In this document: positions 47,974-55,480 of the stretch, piece after piece
How positions within the stretch are numbered: the first letter of the stretch is position 1
Layout: each line of letters begins with the position of its first letter
Source: Kiritimatiellia bacterium
GTDB taxonomy: Bacteria > Verrucomicrobiota > Kiritimatiellia > RFP12 > UBA1067
Direction: 5' to 3'
Length of the DNA: 64,000 nucleotides
Assembly: GCA_017450695.1 (NCBI GenBank)
Contig: JAFSTA010000168.1
Location: 17,826 to 81,825, forward strand
Position numbers and translations under genes: made by a program
Notes under the pieces: generated by a model
The model's database searches: none
What the model saw: only the letters and a program-made list of their open reading frames with translations
Told to the model about the DNA's origin: nothing

Positions 47974-48423
47974 ATGATCCTCTACGAGGAAGAGACAAAT
48001 CGTATCATCGGCGCATGCATGGCTGTACACAACGAGTTGGGCAATGGATTCCTTGAAGCCGTTTATCAAGATGCTTTGGAGATTGAGTTTCGCGAACGAG
48101 CTATCCCCTACAGGCGCGAAGCGCATATACGAATATTTTATAAAGGGCATTTGCTCGACAAAGAGTATTACGCTGACTTCATTTGCTTTGACAAGATAAT
48201 CGTGGAATTGAAATGCGTGTCGCGTCTTGTGAATGCAAACAAAGCGCAAGTAATCAATTATCTGCACGGAACTGGACTCAAGGTCGGATTGCTTGTGAAC
48301 TTCGCTGAGGCATCGCTAAAGTGGGAGCGTCTCACAAATTTACGGAACATAAAGTCCCAAGAAGCAGCAACAAACGGATTTGCCCAGACCCAACCGTCTT
48401 TGCAATTTAGTGAGCGCCGTTAG
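47974..48423 (+). CDS. GxxExxY protein (PD-(D/E)XK-like, PDDEXK_3 / TIGR04256-type)
   Basis: 149 aa with RBS GGAGG at 47965-47969. The eponymous motif lies in HNELGNGFLEAVYQDAL (G-FL-E-AV-Y). Later YADFICFDKIIVELK matches the nuclease-fold core. Low GC (about 42-45% by eye). Confidence 0.8.
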   Translation: MILYEEETNRIIGACMAVHNELGNGFLEAVYQDALEIEFRERAIPYRREAHIRIFYKGHLLDKEYYADFICFDKIIVELKCVSRLVNANKAQVINYLHGTGLKVGLLVNFAEASLKWERLTNLRNIKSQEAATNGFAQTQPSLQFSERR

Positions 48424-48448
48424 GCGCGAACAAATCCGTTTGTTAAAA
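48369..48448 (+). repeat. Fourth, variant copy of the hairpin unit, spanning the GxxExxY stop codon
   Basis: The perfect 14-bp inverted repeat AACAAACGGATTTG (48369-48382) / CAAATCCGTTTGTT (48431-48444) has the same arms as copy 3 at 47859-47955. The inner GCGCCGTTAGGCGCG contains the TAG stop (48421-48423). The RBS of the next gene follows immediately. Confidence 0.85.
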
Positions 48449-48463
48449 CCAAGGAGCATCGAA

Positions 48464-49582
48464 ATGAACAGCAAGATGAAGATAAAGGAACACAAGATTC
48501 CCGTGCGGGAGGTGTTCGACGGGTATGTGGATTCGGCGGAGCTGGGCGTTCGCGGCTACGGCGGCAAGTTGAACATCCGTCCGGCGTTCCAGCGCGAGTT
48601 CGTTTACAAGCCCGCGCAGCGCGACGCGGTGATCGAGACCGTGCGGCAGGGGTTCCCGCTGAACGTCATGTACTGGGTGCGCAACGAGGAGGGCGGCTTC
48701 GAGATGCTCGACGGGCAGCAGCGGACTCTCTCCATCTGCCAGTACGTGAACAACGAGTTCAGCATCGACCACCACAAGTTCGAGAACCTGACGAAAGAGG
48801 AGCAGGAGGACATCCTCGATTACGAACTCACAATCTACATCTGCGAGGGCGAGGAGCGCGAGAAGCTGAAGTGGTTCGAGGTGGTGAACACCGCGGGCGA
48901 ACAGCTCAACGCGCAGGAACGCCGCAATGCGCAGTACACCGGCAGGTGGCTCCACGAGGCGAAGAAGCATTTCAGCAAGACGGGATGTGCGGCGGCGGCG
49001 ATCGGCGACAAGCTGCTGAACGGATCGGCCATACGTCAGGATTTCCTTGAAACGGCGCTTGCGTGGATTGCCGACCGCGACGGCGGTGACATCCTCGACT
49101 ACATGTCCGCGCATCAGCATGACGAAGACTGCTCCGACCTGTGGGGGTATTTCGAGAGCGTAATCAAGTGGGTCAAGGCAACGTTTCCCGTTCTGCGCGG
49201 TAAGTTGATGAAGGGGTTGCCGTGGGGCATATACTTCAACAGGTATGGGAATGAGAAACGCGACGCGGCGGCGTTGGAGAAGCGGATAACGCAACTTCTT
49301 CGCGACGATGAGGACGTGAACGACATAACGAACCAGCGCGGCATCTACGAGTATCTTCTCTCCGGCGACGAACGGCACTTGAGCATACGGCGCTTCTCCG
49401 ACAAGATGGCGCGGACGGCCTACGAACGGCAAGAGGGCAAATGCCAGAAGTGCGGCAAGGAGTTCGCCATCGAGGAAATGCAGGCCGACCACATCACGCC
49501 GTGGGCGAAGGGCGGCAAGACCGTCGCCGAGAACTGCCAGATGCTCTGCGCGGACTGTAATCGCCGCAAAGGAGGGGTGTAG
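48464..49582 (+). CDS. DUF262 (ParB/Srx-like, DGQQR motif) protein with C-terminal HNH endonuclease domain
   Basis: Start ATG 48464 (RBS AAGGAG at 48451-48456). The DUF262 signature is in FEMLDGQQRTLSICQY. C-terminal HNH: CQKCGKEF...ADHITPWAKGGKTVAENCQMLCADCNRRKG. Confidence 0.8.
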   Translation: MNSKMKIKEHKIPVREVFDGYVDSAELGVRGYGGKLNIRPAFQREFVYKPAQRDAVIETVRQGFPLNVMYWVRNEEGGFEMLDGQQRTLSICQYVNNEFSIDHHKFENLTKEEQEDILDYELTIYICEGEEREKLKWFEVVNTAGEQLNAQERRNAQYTGRWLHEAKKHFSKTGCAAAAIGDKLLNGSAIRQDFLETALAWIADRDGGDILDYMSAHQHDEDCSDLWGYFESVIKWVKATFPVLRGKLMKGLPWGIYFNRYGNEKRDAAALEKRITQLLRDDEDVNDITNQRGIYEYLLSGDERHLSIRRFSDKMARTAYERQEGKCQKCGKEFAIEEMQADHITPWAKGGKTVAENCQMLCADCNRRKGGV

Positions 49583-49586
49583 GAGC

Positions 49587-50711
49587 ATGACCGAGTTCGG
49601 AGAGTACAAGCGGGCGCCGGAGCCGGAGAAGCGTGAGAAGGCGATTGTCTGGCGTACAGCGATCGGTCTCCAGAAGGTTGACGGTCTTACGACCTCGGAG
49701 TATCTGCGTGAGACGGCGCGGCGCAATATCGAAGGTGAGATCACGATAGAAGAGAGCGGGGGGCTGATAGCCGAATACTACAAGTCCAAATCCGTCCGCG
49801 CATCGGCGGCGAAGACGCGTACGGACGAGGCTGATATTGTCTCGCAACGCATCGCCGCAATCCTCTCCGAACCGACATTCTCATTGACTGTTCCGTCCTA
49901 TCTGGCGATTCACCGAAAGTTGTTCCACGGGGTGTTTCCCCGCGCTGGAAAAATCCGCGACTACAACATCACGAAAGCGGAATGGGTCTTGGACAAAGAC
50001 ACTGTCCGCTACGAAAGTGCGGATGTAATCGCAGATACGCTGGAATACGAGTTTTCGCGACAAAGAAACTTCAGTTACAAGGGACTAGGTGTGTTGGAGA
50101 CGATTTCGCACGTGGCCCGCTTTCTTGCGGACGTGTGGCAGATTCATCCTTTCGGGGAAGGTAACACGCGAACGACAGCCGTCTTCGCAATCAAGTATCT
50201 GCGTTCGTTTGGTTTTCCAGTCACCAATGAATTGTTTGCGGAGAACGCCTGCTATTTCCGGAACGCCTTGGTCCGAGCAAACTATACGAATGTTCCGCGA
50301 GGCGTACATCGGACATTCTTCTGTTTGGAACGTTTCCTGGTAAACCTGTTGGCTGACGGAAAGTACGAACTCAAAAGCCGCTGCTTAAAAATTGGAGCGG
50401 AAGAGGTTCCGGATTCGCTTGTTCCCTCTAAAAAGGAACAAGAAGGGGAACAAGTAGAGTCGCCGCTGGGGGCGGTTATTCCCAGAGGGGTGAGGAGGCT
50501 TGTCAAGGTTCTGAAGAAGGAAATGTCTGTCGTCGAAATGATGATCGCGTTGAAGCTTGCCGTGCGGCGGAACTTTCTGGAGAAATACCTTTCTCCGGCA
50601 TTGGAGGCTGGTCTTGTAGAAATGACGCAGCCCGATTCGCCGCGTTCGCCCACGCAGAAATACCGTCTGACGGCGAAGGGACTTGAAATGCAGCTGGAAG
50701 GAGCAGTGTAA
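49587..50711 (+). CDS. Fic/DOC family protein with VbhA-like N-terminal segment and C-terminal winged-helix-like domain
   Basis: Fic motif region HPFGEGNTRTTAV (50145-50183), a variant of HxFx(D/E)GNGRxxR. Starts 4 nt after the DUF262-HNH stop with AGGAG upstream. The C-terminal segment MSVVEMMIALKLAVRRNFLEKYLSPALEAGLVEMTQP resembles a wHTH. Confidence 0.85.
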   Translation: MTEFGEYKRAPEPEKREKAIVWRTAIGLQKVDGLTTSEYLRETARRNIEGEITIEESGGLIAEYYKSKSVRASAAKTRTDEADIVSQRIAAILSEPTFSLTVPSYLAIHRKLFHGVFPRAGKIRDYNITKAEWVLDKDTVRYESADVIADTLEYEFSRQRNFSYKGLGVLETISHVARFLADVWQIHPFGEGNTRTTAVFAIKYLRSFGFPVTNELFAENACYFRNALVRANYTNVPRGVHRTFFCLERFLVNLLADGKYELKSRCLKIGAEEVPDSLVPSKKEQEGEQVESPLGAVIPRGVRRLVKVLKKEMSVVEMMIALKLAVRRNFLEKYLSPALEAGLVEMTQPDSPRSPTQKYRLTAKGLEMQLEGAV

Positions 50712-50827
50712 TGAAGACGGGAGAATTTTCGAGTAGATTTCTTCGCGGAAGGGAGAATCGAAATCCGGAAACGCGACAGAAGCGTTTCAGGTTCTGTTTT
50801 CTGTCACGGGAGTTTGGAGGATGTGAG

Positions 50828-53800
50828 ATGAAACGGATTTTGCGTACACTTGGTTGCGGCTTGCTGCTTGCGTTTGCTGCGCGTGCGGATGAGATCAAGC
50901 CGGAGGATGCGGAGACCGCCGCGCGGAATTGGATTCGCGCCGATGCCTCTCCGCTGGGAACGCGCATTGGGAAGGCTGTTTCTGGAATCCGGTCTTTTTC
51001 GGATGTTGACGGAACGGCGCTGTTCCATCTCGCCGCGCTGGATGGCGGAGGGTTCGTGATTCTCTCTGCGGACGATGGCGTGGCGCCGGTTCTCGCCTTT
51101 TCGGACCAGGGGACGTTCTCGCCGTCGGAGGACAACGCGCTGTGGGTGATATTGCAGCGTGATTTGCCGTTGCGGACCGGATTGCTCAAACGCGTCAAGC
51201 AATCGGTCAAGGGAGGCGAAGCGGCGAATCCGAACCAAGCCGCTTGGAGGCGTCTGCTCGATGTCTCGGAAGGACGGAAGTACGCGTCGAAGAACACGAG
51301 CGAGATCAGCGACCTGCGTATCGCGCCGCTGCTCAAGACGGAGTGGGGGCAGACGACGGACGACGGGTACGAAGAGAAGCCCAACCTCTACAACCTCTAC
51401 ACGCCGGAGAACGCGCCGTGCGGTTGTGTGGCGACGGCCGGAGCGCAGATCATGCGTTATTTCCAGTGGCCGTCGGGAAGCCTTCCGATCCGCACTTTTG
51501 TCTGCGCGTATGAGACGTTCTGGGAGACGATCCCGCTGATGCTGAATACATACGGCGGACCGTACGCATGGGCGAATATGCCGAACCGTCCGGCGACAGC
51601 GACTCTGCAACAATCGCAGCGCGAGGAGATCGGGAAGCTGGTGTATGATGTCGGCATTGCCTGCATGATGGTTTATTCGCAGGATGGATCCGGCGCGGGA
51701 CTGTACATGCTGGCGGATTGCTTGCCGGATTATTTCCGGTACGCCCAGGCGAAGGGGTATTGTATCGAGTCGGGAACCTTTTCCGAATCGGTCATTCAGC
51801 GGGCGGTGCTGGCGAACCTCGACGCGAGGCTGCCGGTCGCGTTGGGAATCACGGCTCCGAACGGGTACGGACATGCGGTCGTGGCGGACGGATACGGGTA
51901 TATCGGTTCGACCCGGTACGTACATATCAACATCGGGTACGACGGCGACGCCAACGCCTGGTACAATCTGCCGGACCTGAGTTTTTCGCTCAACGGCGAG
52001 AACTATCCGTACAAGTACATCGACCAGATCGTGTATAACATCCATCCGTCCCGGAAGGGGGAGATCGTTTCCGGGCGCGTGCTGTTGCCGAACGGTAACC
52101 CCGTAACGAACGCCATCGTGACAATCGAATGTAACGGGGCTTCCCAGTCGGTGACCTCCGATCAAAACGGAATCTGGTGGGGGATTGTGGAGTCGAAATC
52201 GTCCGGAACCGCATCCTATTCCGATTCGGCATATTACGGCAACTGCTCGTTTTCTGTCGGCTCCTCCGTTTCGGTGGAGACGACGGACGACGGTTACTAC
52301 ACACCGAAGACTGGATCGGTCGGGAACAGCTGGGGAAACACCATCCGCCTCTCGACTTTGCTGACGCCCGCCTATTCCGTCGAAGTCTCCCAGCTGACGA
52401 CGGCGGAAGGGATCGAGGTCTCCTGGCAACGGGGACGCAACGTCGTGTCGCAGTCGGTGTACCGTGCGCTGGCGGGCGATTTTTCCGCCGCTCGCTGTGT
52501 GGCGGAAGGTCTCTCCAACGCCACCTCCTATCTCGATACGACGGCAGTGCCGGGCGTCCAGTACACCTACTGGATTCAGTCGAACGACGCCTACGGCAAC
52601 ACCGCCTTTTCCGAAGGTGTGGCCGGCATCCGTGCCTATCCGCCTGATGCGGAACCGCCCGCGTTCCCGGAACCGTTGAACTCCACCCGCCTGAAGACGA
52701 AGGGAACCTACAGCGGATTTTTCCACGGGACGAAGGAAGTTGACGGGGAAAGCACGAATGCGATCTTGGGGACGCTCACGCTCAAGGTGACGAACGTCAA
52801 GACGGGAAAAGCCACCGCGAAACTCGTGCTGGAGGGGCGCAAACTTTCGTTGCACGCTTCCGCCTGGAAAAGCCTCCCGGATGAAGAAGGCACGCGAAGC
52901 TTGCTGTTCTCTGCGAAAAACAACATCCTTCTGCGGGTGAACGTCCGTGAGGAACGGATGTGGGGAACCTTGACCGGCAAAGGCATTACGGGCGAACTGC
53001 CGTTCGACGGTGCGCGCAACTTCTTTGTCGAAACGTCGAACAAGCGCAAGTCCCTGTGGAAATACTATCAGGGGACATGGACGATGGCGATGGAAACGCA
53101 GGTTGCCTCCGGTTCCATTCCGGCCTCCTTCCCGTGGGGATACAGCGTCTTTTCGCTGAAGGTCGCCAGCAAGGGCAAGGTGACGGTGCGGTATCTGCTC
53201 TCGGACGGAAGCAAGGGAAGCGTTTCCAGTCAGCTGCTGCTGTTGGACGTGTCGAATGTCGGCACCGCCTTCGTTCCGCTTTTCCTGCAACGCTCGAACG
53301 GAAAGAAAGGGGTGTTGGGCGCCGGATTGTGGCTCCAGGCGGAAAGCCGGAAGATCGATGGGGCGGGTTGGTGGTCGAATCCGCAGAACACCCGTTTCCA
53401 AGCGTTGCTGGTTGCCACCGGAAAGTTCAACGCTCGCCCCTACGCCAAGCTGTTGATGGACATGGACCAGACGGAGAATCTGCCTTCCTACAAGGCAACG
53501 TCAATCCGTCCGCTGGGCCAGCTTCTGCCGATCGGCGAGAAGGTTTCGGTTTCGGGGAATCGCTGCACCATCGCCAAGCAGGTGCCGGTGAAGGTCGCGA
53601 AGGACGGTACGCTTACCTGGGGCAAGAATCCGGCGGGCCTCAAGCTTTCCTACACGTACTCGACCGGCCTTGTCAAAGGCTCCTTTTACGTGTATTACCT
53701 CGTCAAGGGAAAACCGATGAAGGTGAAGGCGTCGCTTTCCGGTATTGCGCTGAACAACGGGATACGGGGCTGGATCACGATGAAAGACCTTTCGTCGGAA

Positions 53801-53854
53801 CTGAAGATGAAGAACGTGTTTCGCTCGTTGCCGTTCCACCTGAACCCGGAATGA
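50828..53854 (+). CDS. Secreted C10-family (streptopain/SpeB-like) cysteine peptidase with long C-terminal beta-rich extension
   Basis: Start ATG 50828 (RBS GGAGG; signal peptide MKRILRTLGCGLLLAFAARA). Spi-type propeptide (GGGFVILSADDGVAPVLAFSDQG), catalytic Cys context LLKTEWGQ...PCGCVATAGAQIMRYFQWP and His context GYGHAVVADGYGY. These are followed by a CarboxypepD_reg-like segment (GRVLLPNGNPVTNAIV), an Fn3-like segment and unassigned modules. Confidence 0.8.
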   Translation: MKRILRTLGCGLLLAFAARADEIKPEDAETAARNWIRADASPLGTRIGKAVSGIRSFSDVDGTALFHLAALDGGGFVILSADDGVAPVLAFSDQGTFSPSEDNALWVILQRDLPLRTGLLKRVKQSVKGGEAANPNQAAWRRLLDVSEGRKYASKNTSEISDLRIAPLLKTEWGQTTDDGYEEKPNLYNLYTPENAPCGCVATAGAQIMRYFQWPSGSLPIRTFVCAYETFWETIPLMLNTYGGPYAWANMPNRPATATLQQSQREEIGKLVYDVGIACMMVYSQDGSGAGLYMLADCLPDYFRYAQAKGYCIESGTFSESVIQRAVLANLDARLPVALGITAPNGYGHAVVADGYGYIGSTRYVHINIGYDGDANAWYNLPDLSFSLNGENYPYKYIDQIVYNIHPSRKGEIVSGRVLLPNGNPVTNAIVTIECNGASQSVTSDQNGIWWGIVESKSSGTASYSDSAYYGNCSFSVGSSVSVETTDDGYYTPKTGSVGNSWGNTIRLSTLLTPAYSVEVSQLTTAEGIEVSWQRGRNVVSQSVYRALAGDFSAARCVAEGLSNATSYLDTTAVPGVQYTYWIQSNDAYGNTAFSEGVAGIRAYPPDAEPPAFPEPLNSTRLKTKGTYSGFFHGTKEVDGESTNAILGTLTLKVTNVKTGKATAKLVLEGRKLSLHASAWKSLPDEEGTRSLLFSAKNNILLRVNVREERMWGTLTGKGITGELPFDGARNFFVETSNKRKSLWKYYQGTWTMAMETQVASGSIPASFPWGYSVFSLKVASKGKVTVRYLLSDGSKGSVSSQLLLLDVSNVGTAFVPLFLQRSNGKKGVLGAGLWLQAESRKIDGAGWWSNPQNTRFQALLVATGKFNARPYAKLLMDMDQTENLPSYKATSIRPLGQLLPIGEKVSVSGNRCTIAKQVPVKVAKDGTLTWGKNPAGLKLSYTYSTGLVKGSFYVYYLVKGKPMKVKASLSGIALNNGIRGWITMKDLSSELKMKNVFRSLPFHLNPE

Positions 53855-53907
53855 TGACCGGGAGGCGGATGTCGGTTGGGAAATTGTTTTGAAGAAAGAG
53901 GTTGGTT

Positions 53908-55128
53908 ATGAAGAGCAAATGGACACAGATCGAAGGTGGCGTGACCGCCGCCAAGGGATTCCGCGCCGCCGGTGTCGCGGCGCAGATTAAGTATGCGGGA
54001 CGGAAGGACGTGGCGCTGATCATGGCGGATCGCCCCGCCGTGGCGGCTGCCGTCTATACGAGCAATCAGGTTGCCGCCGCGCCTGTGCGCGTGGACCGGG
54101 AACGGACGGCGACGGGAACAGCTCAGGCGATTCTTGCGAACAGCGGGTGTGCCAACGCCTGTACGGGGGAGCGCGGCATTCAGGATGCGCTTGCCTCCGC
54201 ACGGTTTACGGCCGAGGCGTTGGGGATTGACGAGAAACTCGTGCTGGTCTGCTCGACCGGTGTGATCGGGATGCTGATGCCGCTGGACCGGCTGGAGTTC
54301 GGCGCGAAGGAGGCCGCTCGTTTGTTGAGTCGCGACGGTGGCAACGATGCCGCCCGCGCCATCATGACGACCGACACCGTCTCGAAAGAGTTCGCCGTGC
54401 GTGTGGAGATCGACGGAAAGACGGTGACGATCGGCGGGATGAGCAAGGGCGCGGGTATGATTGAGCCGAACATGGCGACGATGCTGGCGTTTGTCACAAC
54501 CGACGCGACCATCAACGCCCCGATGCTCGATCGCGCCTTGCGCGAGGCGACGGCGGTGAGTTTTAACAGCCTCGTAGTCGATGGCGATCGCAGCACGAAC
54601 GACACCTTGGTCGCGCTGGCGAGTGCTGAGGCGGGCAATGCGGAGATTTGCGATGCGGATTCAGAAGACTACCGCTTGTTCGCGGATGCCTTGCGCGGGG
54701 TGTGCGTGGGATTGGCGAAGATGATGGCGAAGGACGGTGAGGGAGCGAGCAAGTTCGTCACCGTGCGGGTTGTCGGCGCGGCTACGGAAGCGGACGCGAA
54801 ACGCGCCGCGCGCGCAATCGCGAAATCGCCGCTGGTGAAGACCTCCTGGGCGGGCATGGATCCGAACTGGGGGCGTGTCATCGCCGCCGTCGGGTACTCT
54901 GGCGCAGAGGTGGATGACCAGCGCGCGCAAATCTTCTACGGCGATGTCTGCGCCTACGACGCGGGCAAGGTCGCGGGGGCAGAAACGCTTGCCGCGATGA
55001 AAGAGCGGATGCGCGCGGCGGAGTTCACGGTGACGGTTGACCTGCACCTCGGCGAAGGCGAGGCGGAAATCTACACCTGCGACCTTACCCACGATTACAT
55101 CACCATCAACGCCGACTACACGACGTGA
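53908..55128 (+). CDS. argJ: Bifunctional glutamate N-acetyltransferase / amino-acid acetyltransferase ArgJ
   Basis: KGFRAAGVAAQIKY..., MTTDT, the autoprocessing-site context KGAGMIEPNMATMLAFVTTDA, and DGDRSTNDT. ATG 53908 is preferred over the TTG at 53902. Confidence 0.92.
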   Translation: MKSKWTQIEGGVTAAKGFRAAGVAAQIKYAGRKDVALIMADRPAVAAAVYTSNQVAAAPVRVDRERTATGTAQAILANSGCANACTGERGIQDALASARFTAEALGIDEKLVLVCSTGVIGMLMPLDRLEFGAKEAARLLSRDGGNDAARAIMTTDTVSKEFAVRVEIDGKTVTIGGMSKGAGMIEPNMATMLAFVTTDATINAPMLDRALREATAVSFNSLVVDGDRSTNDTLVALASAEAGNAEICDADSEDYRLFADALRGVCVGLAKMMAKDGEGASKFVTVRVVGAATEADAKRAARAIAKSPLVKTSWAGMDPNWGRVIAAVGYSGAEVDDQRAQIFYGDVCAYDAGKVAGAETLAAMKERMRAAEFTVTVDLHLGEGEAEIYTCDLTHDYITINADYTT

Positions 55129-55162
55129 TTCCGGCAACCGTGAAGGCGTGAAGGGAAGGCGG

Positions 55163-55480
55163 TAGGGGCGTTTCGCGCCAGCTAAAAACGGGAGGGGCGC
55201 GCCCCGTCGCGTCCGCAATGCGGAACACGCTTTGCCTCTCAGCTCCGAGTTTGAAGCGATGCGTCACTGAAATGCGGGTAAGTTTGTCTCGCCTCACACC
55301 GTGGGAGGGGCGCGCTCCGTCGCGACCGCAACGTTTTCCCGGATTGTCCGGAATATCCGGAATGTCCGGTTTTTCCTGCTTATCCTGCTTACCCCGCCTC
55401 TCAGCTTCCCCGCTTCTCAGCTGGCGCGTAGCGCCCCCGCCTTTCAGCTTGCCCGGCCAACTGATCGGCGTAGCGCCCGA
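55163..55480. repeat. Mosaic intergenic repeat block between convergent argJ and ilvB (two C modules, CCGGAAT mini-palindromes, CTTCTCAGC and GCTTACCC words)
   Basis: C at 55190-55223 and 55303-55333. 55339-55369 reads CCGGATTGTCCGGAATATCCGGAATGTCCGG. 55371-55395 reads TTTTCCTGCTTATCCTGCTTACCCC. CTCTCAGCTTCC/CTTCTCAGCTGGCGCGTAGCGCCC lies at 55398-55435. The layout parallels 60765-60856. Confidence 0.85.

Noticed and set aside
46526-50828. Integrase, transposase or terminal direct repeats that would define the methyltransferase/nuclease/Fic island as a discrete mobile element
   Set aside because: No recombinase-like ORF and no matching direct repeats were seen at the two edges. Only a hairpin marks the left edge, so the region is not called a mobile_element.
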